Shown here piece by piece: positions 11,382 to 24,350 of a DNA stretch of 64,000 nucleotides. The position numbers were made by a program, and so were the translations under genes. Source of the DNA: Azolla caroliniana (lineage: Eukaryota > Plantae > Polypodiophyta); contig JBHGNT010000002.1 in NCBI GenBank assembly GCA_043228905.1, positions 17,732,001-17,796,000 of the forward strand, given 5' to 3'. Numbering within the stretch: the stretch's first letter is position 1; each line of letters begins with the position of its first letter. The notes below the pieces were generated by a model, which was given only the letters and a program-made list of their open reading frames with translations, ran no database searches and had not been told where the DNA came from.

Positions 11382-14300
11382 ATGGGGGTCCCCAACGAGA
11401 GTGAGTTGTCAAGCAACTCGTGTATATCTGAAAGGACCAAGAGACGAGTGGTTCTTCACAGAGTCCGTTATTTGGTAGAAATAATGAAGAGATTTAGTGA
11501 AGAGGATCATAGGGATATTATATGTAGAGTGTTACACCATCAACATTTGAATGAAGACATGGAGAGAATAAAATTTAGGGACCAATGTGTTTCAGAAGAG
11601 ACTGTAGAGTCTATGAAGTCATCCCTAGACTTAGTGAAAGGTGTAGAGAGCATAGACAAACTTGCTGCAAAGAGGGCAGCCCTACACATGGTTGTGAACG
11701 GTGCGAGAGAAAAAAAATATAGTGATACTAAAGTTGCCTTAGCCCTGGGTATTCAAAGAAGGAACTCGAGGAAACATCGCCGAAATATACACTCAAGCCA
11801 ATTCAAGTGGCTGGGGTTGGGACGTAGACGACGATGTGATGCCTTATCTCAAGAGATTATTGAGAAAGTGGATTCATTTTGGGCCAAAAATACGTGTGTC
11901 TCACCAAATAAGAAGGACGTGTGTAGACAACGAATAAGTCAGGGTAAGTACCAGATTCACCCTAGACACTTCTTGGAGATGACAGAGGTATTCCATTTTT
12001 TTATATCAATTCACATTCCATAAATTTGTGTTTTGACCAAGTGTAAATTAATGTTTGCTATATATATTGGTTGATGTAGGCTGAATTGTACATGAACTTT
12101 AAAGACCAACATCCAAGCTTGACTGTTGGATTCTGCAAGTTCCAAGGTTTGAAACCATTTTATGTTAGAAAAGTAAATGAGAGGAATACATGTTGTTGTG
12201 TGTACCACGTGAAGATGGACATGTTAAGGCTAGGAGTGAATGTAATGCGTACTGATTCTAAGGGTATACACGGGGAATTATGTGTCTGCACTTGTGAGGT
12301 TTGTAAACCAAATGGGGAGGATAATAGGTGTAATGCACGAAACATGACTTATGCATCCGTTTCTGAGCTATGGAGGTATTGTGTTTGTGAAAAAGAACCA
12401 TCATGTGAGTGGCATCGTTGTACATGTCTATTAAGAACATGTAAGATTTGTCCGCTACCATTATTTTGCAGGCAGGAGCATGATTTGGGAAACAGTCATA
12501 TCGTGAAATGGAAATATTTAGAGTATGTGACTGCAAATATTGGCAAGGGACTTGTAAATAAGCATATCAAGGAAGTATATAAGGAGACATGTGCTGCTAC
12601 CCTTGTCTCAGAATTTAAGAAACAACTTGGGGAGTTCATTCCACATAACTTCCGGAGTTATTGGCAAAATTCACAGTTCAAGGAATGTATTAATAACTTA
12701 CCAACGGGTGTCATCGTATCCGTTATTGACTTTGTAGAAAACTATACATTTAAAGTTCAAAATGAGGTTCAATCAATGCATTGGTACAATGATCAATGTA
12801 CAATAATTGTACATAAGAAATCAATATTTTACATTTCGGATGATAAAAAGCATGGTACACTATTTGTTCAACATTGTTTTAAGCTTCACCATGTAGATTT
12901 ATTGTCTCTAGGGTTAACCTTTAACCGTCATTGGGTTTGGTCTGATGGTGTTGCCTCGCAGTTTAAGGCGGCACGATCGTTCTACTTTATCGCCAGGTAA
13001 TTTTTAATCCATATGTTTAGTACTTATCATGCAATGTGTAAGGAAGTAATTCTTGTGTTAGTGCATGCATACTGATTATGTTTGTAACTATTCACACACA
13101 GTACTATTCACATGGATGCATACTAATTATGTTTGTAACTATTCGAACACAACACTATTCACATGGATGCATGCATACTAATTTTGTTTGTAACTAAGTT
13201 AACTGTTCTTGATTGATCAAATAGTACTATCCTGTCACGTGAATCTGTCTTTATTATCTTTTAATCCATGTGAAGTGTTCTCCATAGACAAAGTGTACTA
13301 TGTTGTGTGTTGTATCTTTACTAAATCAGTATTTACTGAAGAATGTAAAGTACTCGTATTGTACTCTATAGTATTGTCCGTCCTCAAAAGAATTGTACTA
13401 ATTAGCTTTAATCCATGTGAAGTGTTCTCCATAGACACATTGTACTATGTTGTGTGTTGTATCTATACTAAATCAGTATTTACAAAAGGATCTAAAGTAC
13501 TCGTCTTGTACTCATAGTATTGTCCGTCCTTAAGAGAATTGTACCAATTATCTTTTAATCCATGTGAAGTGTTCTCCATAGACACATTGTACTATGTTGT
13601 GTGTTGTATCTGTACTATGTTGTGTTTACAGAAGGATGTAAAGTACTCGTCTTGTACTCATAGTATTGTCCATCCTTAAGAGAATTGTATTTATTATCTT
13701 TTAATCCATGTGAAGTGTTCTCCATAGACACATTGTACTATGTTGTATGTTGTATCTGTACTAAATCAGTATTTACTGAAGGATGTAAAGTACTCGTCTT
13801 GTACTCATAGTATTGTCCGTCCTTAAGAGAATTGTACTAATCATCTTTTAAATCATGTGAAGTGTTCTCCATAGACACATTGTACTATGTTGTGTGTTGT
13901 ATCTGTACTAAATCAGTATTTACTCATCTTGTACTCATAGTATTGACCGTCCTTCAGAGAATTGTACTAATTATCTTTTAATCCAGGTTGAGGGTTTTCC
14001 ATGCACACTATATTGTACTATGTGTTGTATCTGTACTAAAGAAGTAATTATCGAAGGATGTAAAGTACATGTCTTTTACTCATAGTACTATCCTAGATTG
14101 AAGAGTTTGTACTAATTATCTATTAATCAATGTTGAGTGTTCTCCATGAACACACTGTATTGTACTTGGTGTTGTATCTATACTAAATCAGTAATTATCG
14201 GAAGATGTAAAGTAAATGTCTTGTACTCATAGTATTGTCTTATATTGAAGAGTTCGTACTACTTATCTATTAATCCATGCTAAGTGTTCTCCATGAACAC

Positions 14301-15055
14301 ACTGTATTGTACTATGTGTTGTATCTATACTAAATAAGTGTTTATTGGGGGATGTAAACTACATGTGTTGTAGTACTAATTATCTTCTAAGGAGGGTTGT
14401 GTTCTCCGTGGACACATTGTATTGTATTGTGTATTGTATCTGTACTAAATCAGTATTAATGAATGTAAAGTACTCGTCGTCAGCAACATAGTACTATTTG
14501 ATATTGAAGAGTTTGTACTATTTATCTGTTAATTCATGTAGAGTGCTTTCCATGAATTCATTGTACTATGCTTTGTGTTGTATCCATACTAAATTAGTAT
14601 TAATGGATGCCAAGTTCACATGGTTGACAACATAGTACTATTTATCTTTTAATAAGTGTAGAGTGTTCTCAATGGATACGTTGTGCTATGCTTTGTTTTG
14701 TATTTGTACTAAATCAGTATTAATGGATGTGTAGTACTCTCAATTGACAACATAGTACTAATTTTGTTGGAAACGTGAGATACAAAATCAGGTATTTCTC
14801 CTTATTCAACATTCGTATGCAATGGAACTACTTCAGGTCTAGACATGGAAAAGGAGACCATGATGGTGCGGGGGCTATGATCAAACGTGCCCTTACAAGT
14901 GAGCAGTTGGATAATAATGGTGCTAAGTTACAAAATGCACATGATGTTCTGTAGTGGCTAACATGGAAGATGTCAAATGATGGTAAGAACAGATTGTTTG
15001 TTGAAGTTCACGTTGATGAGGTTGATAGAACTAAATCATATGGTTGTAAAACCAT
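11382..15055 (+). mobile_element. Spliced DNA transposase, Sola2-like (exons 11382-11987, 12080-12996, 14792-15055), truncated by an LTR insertion
   Basis: Cys-rich region (TCCCVYH, C..C), then IDFVENYTFKVQNEVQSMHW, WSDGVASQFK and WNYF...HGKGDHDGAGAMIKR. Both introns are GT-AG and phase-consistent. There is one stop in exon 3. The superfamily is assigned from recalled motifs, not from a search. Confidence 0.8.
13220..14760. repeat. ~147-bp tandem satellite (~11 copies) filling transposase intron 2
   Basis: Units start at about 13261, 13408, 13555, 13701, 13848, 13978, 14123, 14270, 14387, 14529 and 14649 (TTAATCCATGTGAAGTGTTCTCCATAGACACATTGTACT...). Divergence increases toward the 3' end. 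Confidence 0.95.
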
Positions 15056-15224
15056 TGTCGTGTTGTTATGCGCGTGAGTGGGGAAAGGCGGGACCACGGG
15101 GGTCTTGGACTAGGGAGCGACGGAGCGTAGGAAGTCGTGCTTCACTGTTTTCGGGGCATCCCAGAAGCACACCGGAAGTGACCGAAGGGAGAGAGAGAGA
15201 GAGCGTGCTTAACACTGACCCACG

Positions 15225-15257
<33 letters not shown>

Positions 15258-17275
15258 CCCAACCCGACTCATGCCTTATGTACGGAAAACGTAGGAAAGG
15301 GTAGGCACCCGACGCCAACAACGATGCGAATATACACAGAAAAACGTATATATATATATACATATAAAGGGAAGAATACATTCCCGGCGTCGAGCCGGAC
15401 TGAGGTAGGTTACAGTAGTCGTCTGCTGTCAAGCCGCCGTCGGGGAGCTCTCAGCTCGTCGCGCCGAGCGGGGTCTTGCACAGGAGGCCGAACCAAAGAA
15501 AACCCTAAGCAAAACATGAAGAAGGAGAAGAAGAAGAAGAAGAACCTAACTCTAAACCTAACGGTATACCCTCTAATGCAAAATGGGCAACCCTTACACA
15601 AAGGGCGTTCCCTTCCTTTTATAGAACAAGGAAGGGGATGCGTTACAATGTGGGACAATCCCGACTTACATGGGATCGTCTGTCCCCGACTTGACTACTC
15701 TTCGGCGCCATAAAGGCGCCCTCAATATTCACAATAAATGTACACGGGTGCGTACACACGCAGCACCCCGCCGATGTAGCCAATGTTTCCCGGTTTCCGC
15801 CTCTGGCCGAAATTCTTCACGACATCCGCCCCCACCTAACTGCATGTCCACCGGTACGTGCCAAATCTGGTTGAAGGGTGAGAGATTTCGGCCGGCGAGA
15901 AACCGGTCTCCCGTGATCCGCATCTCGGCTCGTTGCCGGTTTGATCCGTCGGCTCCGAGTCTTCCTTCGCGCACGCCTCCTCGTAGGCTCGTTCGACCCG
16001 CCGATGGGTCCTCTGCCGCGATTTTCGTAGTACTCGTACTTCCGTTGGCCCTCGTTCGGCCGTATGAACGCCCCGCTTCCCACCGTAGGCCCGATGTCCC
16101 CCGCTCGAGGCATGCCCGTAGTGGCCCGCTTGGCCTCCATTGATCATTCGCGTCGTCCTGATTGCCGTCCCATGTCGTTTCACATTGCCCTCGTCCTCTC
16201 GCCGCCACCTTCCTTCTCCATGGTCTTACGTCGCCGCGTCGACTCGGACCGCCATGGACTCCGGAACGATGTGGAGGGTCCCTTCCCCGCGCTACCTCCG
16301 AACCGCGCAACCTATCTCCGTGCTCGCCTTTCCGCTTCGGCACCTCCGTGTGCCATGTTCCCTCGCTCGTTGTTTGGCACCACCCGTGTCGCACTCCGGT
16401 TTATTGCACGCCTCGTCGGCCCCCTTTTTGGCCAGATCGTGCATCGTCGTTTACCCTCATACCGGTATCCTTTGCATCCGAGGAACACCCCGTAGTAGCC
16501 CGCTTGGCCCTTCCCGTCTTCGTGTTGCCACGATAAGTCCTGAGTCTTCCGCTTGCCGTCGTCCCCTCGCCCCCACCAGCTTGTCACCCCGGGCTTGCCG
16601 TGTCAGTCTTCGCTACTTCAACGGAGCTACCGAGATCTACGAAGCGAGTGTGGAGGATCCTCCTCCGTCCTCTCTTGCCATTCCCTAACTCCGACCTTGT
16701 GCAATCCACTAGGCACTTGGTCACCTCGTTCTCGGCACCTCCCTTGTGTTGTCGGGTCCTGTTCCCTGCTGCCACCGTCCTTCTCCCTCGGTCTTACATT
16801 GCCACGTTGGCCAAACAGCTGGAGTCTCCGGATCGGTGTGAGGGTCCCATAGGACCGGACTCCGTTTCTATGCTTGCCGAAACTCGGGTGTCTTTGTTTG
16901 AATCCCCCCCGGACTCTCCTCGTGTCTTCCACGTAGTCGGGTCCCGTTTCCCTCCGTCACCTTCCTTCTCCCTCGGTCTTACGTTGCCACGTTGGCCGAA
17001 CAGTCGGAGTCTCTGGTTGGTGTGGGGATCTCGTAGGACCGGACTTCCTTACGCCCATAGCCTTCGTCACCTTGCCGCCACCGTCAGTATCTTGGTCTTA
17101 TGTCGACCGCGTTGCCGACTGCCGAAGTTTCTAGAACCGGTGTGAAGGATCCTCCGTAGGCCGCCGATCCGTAGCCCTTGCCTTCGTCACCTCGCCGCCA
17201 CCATGAGTATCTTGGTCTTATGTCGACCGCGTTGCCGACTGCCGAAGTCTCTAGAACCGGTGTGGAGGATCCTCA
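15056..17275 (-). mobile_element. Truncated GC-rich LTR element (3' LTR 15056-15824, PPT, part of the repetitive interior); same family as 46155-50800
   Basis: TGTCGTG...CACGACA termini followed by TCCGCCCCCACCTAAC (reverse-complement PPT). LTR and internal blocks resemble 46155-48300. A 120-bp tandem duplication lies at ~17050-17275. Confidence 0.8.
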
Positions 17276-20200
17276 AATCGGGGACAAGAGACCGGACAAA
17301 ATCGATGCCACGATATGGGAGGTGATGCACATGAAGACAACGGCGTAAATACAGTGCTTCATCGACATGAGTCTATACAACAACTTCAATGAAGAGAGCA
17401 AGGCTCATGAGCTCTGGGAGAAGATCGACATTATGTTTCAGAACAAAAATGTAGATAATCAGGTTTCGGTATTTCGGAAGCTAGTAAGACTCCGGTACCA
17501 AGATGGCTCCAGCATGGCGGAGCACATGAATGCCTTTCAAGGGCTGATCCACCAGGCAACATCATTGGAAGTACCTCTCACCGATGAGGTACTAGCACTA
17601 CTCCTGCTCGGTTCCCTCCCAAATAGCTGGGAGACGTTGGTTGTCACTTTGGGCAACGCTGGGCCAGAAGGGAAACGGTTATCCCTGGCAAGAGTGAAGT
17701 CGATCTTGCTAGATGAGGAGACACGTCGGAAAGACAAGGATACGAACTCCGACTCCAAAGCACTCATTACCGAATCGGAACGCGGAAGACAAAGGAACCG
17801 TAGCCCCCAGAACCGGGAGAAGTCGGGAACACAGTCAAAGTCAAGGGGGAGGCCTACCTGCTTCTATTGTGACAAGCCGGGACACTTCCAGAAGAACTGT
17901 CGGCACTTCTAAATAGACAAGGAAACCGATGGTACCGATTCGAAGCGGACACCGGATTGGAACGTTAAAGAACGAAGGGGAACGAACCGGAAGGGAACGA
18001 TGGCAATCGCGGCAAGCGAAGAAGAGTTGATGCTCATCACCGAGGAGAGTGAGCTAAACCTTGCCGGCGACGAGATGACCTGGGTGATCGACTCTGGAGC
18101 GTCGTTCCACCTTACCCCGGACTGGAAATGCTTCTCATCCTACTCAGTCGGTGATCACGGTTGTGTCCGGATGGGGATTGAAGGTACATGCCAAATTGTC
18201 GGCATAGGAGACATGTGGTTGACAACACCAACCGGATGCAAGCTGCTGCTGAAGGATGTCAGACACGTTCCGGAGGTTCGTCTGAACCTGATATCAACCG
18301 ATCGGCTAGATGATGAAGGCTACACGGGTAGCATTCGGAACGGTGTTATGAAGTTCAGCAAAGGGAGCCTGATTGTGGCTTGGGCCCGGAAGGTCAACAC
18401 GTTGTACTTGATGAATGCCCGGTTACGCCCGGAAGAAGTGAATGTGGCTTCCGACACTGCCGGTGAGTTGTGACACAAGAGGTTGTGTCACATGAGCGAG
18501 AAGGGGATGAAGAGGCTTGCAGACGACAACCTCATTCCAGTGAAGAACGTGCACTTGGAGAAGTGCACTGATTGTCTAGCCGGTAAACAAAACCGGCCTT
18601 CCTTCCGATCGAGGCCACCGATGAGACGTAATGCACCACTGGAGTTGGTGCATACGGATGTGTGCCAAGTGGACACGAAGTCACATGCCAGATCGCAGTA
18701 CTTCATGACATTCATAGATGACCACGACCGGAAGTTGTGGGCCACACCGTTGAAGACGAAGGATTAGGTGCTATCCATCTTCAAAGAGCTCCACGGGAGA
18801 GTGGAAAGAGAAACCGCCGGAAGCTGAAGACGATTTGAGCAGATAACGGAGGTGAATATCAGGGGCAGTTCGAGGAGTACAGTCGCTCGAAGGGAATCCG
18901 GCTCAAATTTACCGTGCCGAAGACGCCGGAACTAAACGAGCTAGTCGAGAGGATGAACCGGACCATAATGGAGAGGGTCCAGAGTATGTTGGCGCATGCA
19001 AAATTACCCAAGACGTTTTGGGCTGAGGCACTGTCGACAGTGACGTATGTGATAAACAGATCACCCTCAGTGCCCTTGGATGGAAACACACCGCAGAAGG
19101 TGTGGACCGGTAAAGAAGTGACCTACCGGCATCTAAAGGTGTTCGGGTGTCTCGCATACGTGCATGTTGCTAAGGACCGGAGAGGAAAGTTGGATCCAAA
19201 GACCCGGCCATGCATATTCCTCGGATATGGCGATGATGAGTTCGGCTACCGAGTGTGGGATCTGGTTGACAAGAAGGTTTTCCGGAGCCGAGATATTATC
19301 TTCATGGAGGACAAGACTCTTGCCGACTAGGAGTCAGAGAAGAAGATAATGAACTCCGATGAGATTCGGACCCACCCGGCTAAGAGCCAGTTGACACTTG
19401 AGGAACCAACCGGTTACAGTGAGGATACCGAACCGGCAGAAGAAGAAGTAGAGGAAGCTGAAATCGGAACCGGCCCAGACCCCGAATCGGTTTCGGATGA
19501 AGAACAAATAGTGAAGCCGGTTGCCGAAGGCCAAAGACGGAGATATCCTCTCAGAGAGAGAAGGGCCCCCCGGAGATTTCCGGATGCAGAGCATGTGCTG
19601 CTGACCGATGAGGGAGAGCCGGAAAGCTTCGAAGAAGCGAATGATGACACCCACAGCCGCAAATGGTTAAGTGCCATGCAGGATGAGATGGATTCCCTCC
19701 ATGACAACCATACGTACGAATTGGTGGAGTTGCCGAAACAAAAGCGGGCACTCCGAAATAAGTGGGTGTACAAGTTGAAACTGGGAGATGCCGGCAAACC
19801 CTCGAGATACAAAGCCAGGATCGTGGTGAAGGGGTTCCAGTAGAAGAACAGTGTGGTCTTCGACGAGATATTTTCCCCGGTAGTAAAGATGACTTCTATC
19901 CGAACGGTGTTGAGCATAACTGCAAGCATGGACCTCGAGGTAGAGTAGCTGGACGTGAAGACGGCATTCCTTCATGGTGACCTCGAAGAGGAGATCTACA
20001 TGCAGCAACCGGAAGCATTCGTGGAGAAAGGGAAGGAGCACCTGGTTTGCCGGTTGAAGAAGAGCTTGTACGGACTGAAGCAGGCTCCTCGACAATGGTA
20101 CCAGAAGTTTGACTCCTTCATGACCGACGAAGGGTATCACAAAACGCAAACCGATCACTGCGTGTTTGTAAAGAAGTTTGAAGGAGGTGACTTCCTTATA

Positions 20201-21911
20201 CTCCTTCTGTACGTGGACGACATGTTGATCATCTGACGGGACCAAGCCAAAATACGGATGATGAAGAAGGCTCTCAATTGAACCTTCGCAACGAAAGACA
20301 GATACTGGGATGCACATCATCCGGGACCGGTCAAAGAAGCAATTGTGGTTGTCACAGGAGAAATACGTGACAAAGGTGCTTCAGCGGTTCAACATGTTAG
20401 AAGCGAAACCGGTCAGATCAACACTCCCAGCAAACTGTTGATTATCCGGTAAGCAAAGCCCGAAGACGAAAGAAGAGAAGGCGGATATGGTGAAGGTTCC
20501 ATATGCCTCTGCCGTCGAGAGCTTGATGTACGCAATGGTGTGTACTCGGCCGGACATTGGATACGTAGTCGGAGTGGTGAGCCGGTTTTTGAGCAATCCC
20601 GGCAAGGAGCACTGGAACGCGGTCAAATGGATACTCCGGTACTTGAAGGGCACTTCGAATATGTGTCTCCGATTCGGCTCCGGTAAACCTCAACTGGATG
20701 GTTTTACCGATTCGGACATGTCCGCTAATGTGGATACCAACCGGTCTACATCCGAGTATGTAATGACATATGCAGGGGGAGCTGTTTCGTGGCAGTCGAG
20801 GCTGCAGAAGACGGTTGCGTTGTCAACAACGGAGGCGGAGTACATGGCGGCAATGGAAGCCGGCAAGGAAATGTTATGGATGAAGGACTTCATCGGTGAG
20901 CTCGATATCCGACAAGATGAATACCGGCTCTATTGCGACAGTCAAAGTGCCATCCACCTTGCTAAGAACGCAGCGTACCATTCCCGGACGAAGCACATCC
21001 AGCACAGGTATCACTAGATCCGGGAGCGAGTAGAAGATCGAGAGTTTGTGCTGACGAAGATCCACACGGCCGAGAACGGGTCAGATATGTTGACCAAAGT
21101 TCTGATACCCGACAAGCTGGATGCATGTCGAAAGCGGATCGGACTAGTAAGACATCCCATGCAGGAGTGAAGGGGGAGTTTGTTAGGAAACAGGTCCCTC
21201 CGGATAGGAAGTGAGAAGAACAGTGTTGATGAGCAAACTCGGCCGAGGCCGAATCCGGATGTGGAGTACCCGGCAACGGAAGACCCGGTGAGAACCGGAT
21301 GTTGCAGGCCCGGTGAGAACCTGAAGTGGAGTACCCGGTAACGGAAAACCTGGTGATAACCGGATGACGAGTACCCGGCAAGGAAGACCCGGTGAGAACC
21401 GGATGTTGCAAGCCCGGTGAGAACCTCTCATCGGATGGAAGGGACATATATGTAAACATGTTCCAGGGAGCTCACTAGGGCTATATTTGTATATAGCCCG
21501 AAAGTCATATTAGTATAAATATGACCTAGGGCAAACTTAATAGTGTATGATGTAGAGTTGGTTGTGTTATTATCGTTGTTGTGATAATTCAGAGCAGAAC
21601 TGTGTACAGAGAAGAGAGAGAGAGAGAGAAGAAGAGGTTGTTGCCTCTGTTGTAACCGCCTGGTGGCGAAGCGAGGGAGCAAGAGGTCGTTGCCTCTGTG
21701 CCCCATTGTTGTAATCTTGATATAGTGATATTTTGCAGTCTGAGGATTGCCGTGGTTTTTCCCAGATTTGGGTTTTCCATGTTAACATCCAGTGCACTCT
21801 CTTCTTTACTGTTTTTGTGTGTAGATACATCTCACCACATCCCTGTTTTTTGTGCTTGATCCGACGTCTCGGTTGTGGCCGAGCATAGCAAAGGAAACCG
21901 TATTCCTTGCA
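17276..21911 (+). mobile_element. Ty1/copia element (gag-PR-INT-RT-RH, multiple stops; 3' LTR 21181-21911; 5' end deleted)
   Basis: CFYCDKPGHFQKNC, WVIDSGASFH, LELVHTDVC, YVDD and GFTDSD motifs. PPT GGAGTGAAGGGGGAGTT precedes TGTTAGG at 21181. The LTR contains CCGG-rich tandem units. Confidence 0.92.
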
Positions 21912-23104
21912 GTTGTCTCGTCGCCAACAAGGTTTAACTCATTCTCCTCGGTAATGAGCATCAGTTCTTCTTCACTTGTTGCGATTGCTGAAGTTCCCTT
22001 CCGATCCAAGCCTTTCCGGTATGAACCCTTCCAGTCTGAACCCTTCTTCAAATCGGCATTGTCGGTTACTATCTCTTTCCGGAAATGCCGACAGTTCTTC
22101 TGGAAGTGCCCCGGCTTCCCATAATAGAAGCAACTAGGCCTCCCCCTTGACTTCGACCTCGTCCCCGATTTGTCCCAGTTTTGGAGACTCCGATACCGGC
22201 CTCTTCCCCGATTGTGGTCATCTTCCGTGATCAAGGTCTTCGGATCGGTTCCGGACTCCCGGTCTTTCCAGCGAGCTTCTTCATCTAGCAAGCTTTACTT
22301 GACTCTTGCTAGGGACAACTGTTTTCCTTCTGGCTTGGTGTTGCCCAACGTGACAACTAGCGTCTCCCAACTATCCGGGAGGGAACCAAGTAGGAGTAAT
22401 GTGAGTACATCATTGGCAAGAGGTACTTCCAACGAGGTTGCCTAGTGGATCAGTCCCTAGAAGTCATTCATGTGCTCCGTCATACTGGAGTCGCCCTGGT
22501 ACTGGAGCCTCACAAGCTTCCGGAATACCGAAACCCGATTAACAGCATTCTTGTTCTAGAACATGATGTCGATCTTCTCCTAGAGTTCATGAGCCTTGCT
22601 CTCTTCATTGTAGTTGTTGTACAGGCTCATGTCAATGAAGCACCGGATATATGTCGTAGTCTTCATGTGCATCACCTCCCACACTGTGGCGTCGATCTTG
22701 TCTGGTCCCTTGTCCCCGAATTGAACCGGCAACCAAAGATCTTTAACCACCAGTATATCCCTCATCTTCGACTTCCACACTGAGTAGTTGGAGTCGGTGA
22801 CCTTGAACATGCCACTGAACGATTCTTCCATTTCCTGTGTTGTTCGCTCTAATACCAAATTGTGAAGAATAGCGCGGAATATTGCTCGGCCACAACCGAG
22901 TCCTGAATCACAAAAATGGGAAGTAGAGAGTACACAGAATATTTACGTGGAAAACCCTAATAGGGAAAAACCACGGGAGCCCACAGACTCCAACTATCAC
23001 TATATCAGAGGAAATACAAAGTGGAGACACAAAGGCAACGACCTCGTGCTCGCGATCTTCGCCAGACGGCAGTTACAACAGAAAGTGCTCATAGCTACTA
23101 TCTT

Positions 23105-23143
<39 letters not shown>

Positions 23144-23171
23144 TCTGTAGTTCTTCTATTTTCAATAGAAC

Positions 23172-23225
<54 letters not shown>

Positions 23226-23480
23226 AACTTCTCTTTCAAAGCTCTCTGTAAGTTCACTCCGGCCATCGTTTTCTACGTTCTTTGAGAGAGCTTTCTAAAG
23301 AATGTTCATTTACTGAATTCCGTTACCGTAGCGAGAAGTTATGAGCATTTTCATCCGCAGCCATCTTTACCCCACGGTTCCTCAAACGGAAGGTAGATTT
23401 TGAAGCCCTAAATCGAGTGAAAGGTACATTCTCTCTCCTTCCCTCTCTGTCTCTCTTTTCCCGTAGGGTTTGTCCCTTCA

Positions 23481-24350
23481 ATGGCAAATACTCGTAAAAC
23501 CGCCGCAAAGTTTGGGGGTATAATTGATAATGAGCCGAGATCACCAACAAATCTTGATTCTAATGCAATGGACAAAATGCTTATGAGTCACTTGATTTCT
23601 CTTCAAGAAACCATAAACAAGCAAGGTGAAGAGATTAGGACGTTAATAAAAGAGAATACTAAGCTCCAAAGTGTTGTCATTGAGAATGAAAGTCTTAAAC
23701 AAGTGGTTGCAAAACTTCAAGAAGAGATTCAAGAATGTAAAAGAGCTTCTTTTGAAACAAATGAGCGCCTTAACAAGATTGAGTTAAAGGAAGCATTAAA
23801 AGAAGAAAAATTGGACACGATGAGGCGGGATGTAAGTGAGATGAAAAATGTATGTACAACGAAGTCATGGGCCGATGTATGTGGTGGGGATGTGCTATCA
23901 AACTCATCTAATATGCATGTGATGCATCAAGAGAAGAATATCGAAAACATAGATGGCCGAGAATTGAAAGAACGTGAACGACGATCAAAGAACATTGTCA
24001 TCCGTGGGATTAAAGAAGAGAGTATTGAAACACCCGCATCCCTTGGAAAGGCCATTGGTGAATTTTTTAGCATGCATTATGGGATGTCAGATGTGAATGT
24101 ATATGGGGCACACCGAGTTGGGAAACATGGTGTTAGTCGCTCCGGAGAAAGGCCTATTGTATGCACAATGACAAATGATACAAAGCGGCGGATCATACTC
24201 GAAAATAGTTGGGTATACCTCAAAGGTACACAATGCTTTGTGAGTGAAGATCGTACTATCTCACAACAAAATGCTCGTCGTAAAGCATATGAAGAAAGAT
24301 TGAAAAACAAGGTTAAGGATGTGCCTAAAGATGGAAATGTAGGCAAATAG
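23481..24350 (+). CDS. LINE ORF1 protein (coiled coil + RRM-like)
   Basis: Intact 289-aa ORF with a heptad-rich N-terminal half, then RRSKNIVIRGIKE...AHRVGK...RPIV...FVSEDRT, typical of L2/CR1-group ORF1. Confidence 0.88.
   Translation: MANTRKTAAKFGGIIDNEPRSPTNLDSNAMDKMLMSHLISLQETINKQGEEIRTLIKENTKLQSVVIENESLKQVVAKLQEEIQECKRASFETNERLNKIELKEALKEEKLDTMRRDVSEMKNVCTTKSWADVCGGDVLSNSSNMHVMHQEKNIENIDGRELKERERRSKNIVIRGIKEESIETPASLGKAIGEFFSMHYGMSDVNVYGAHRVGKHGVSRSGERPIVCTMTNDTKRRIILENSWVYLKGTQCFVSEDRTISQQNARRKAYEERLKNKVKDVPKDGNVGK

Noticed and set aside
15670-17145. Many overlapping 100-220-aa ORFs on both strands (also 46940-49650)
   Set aside because: They are by-products of GC-rich repetitive LTR-element interior and have no recognisable domains.
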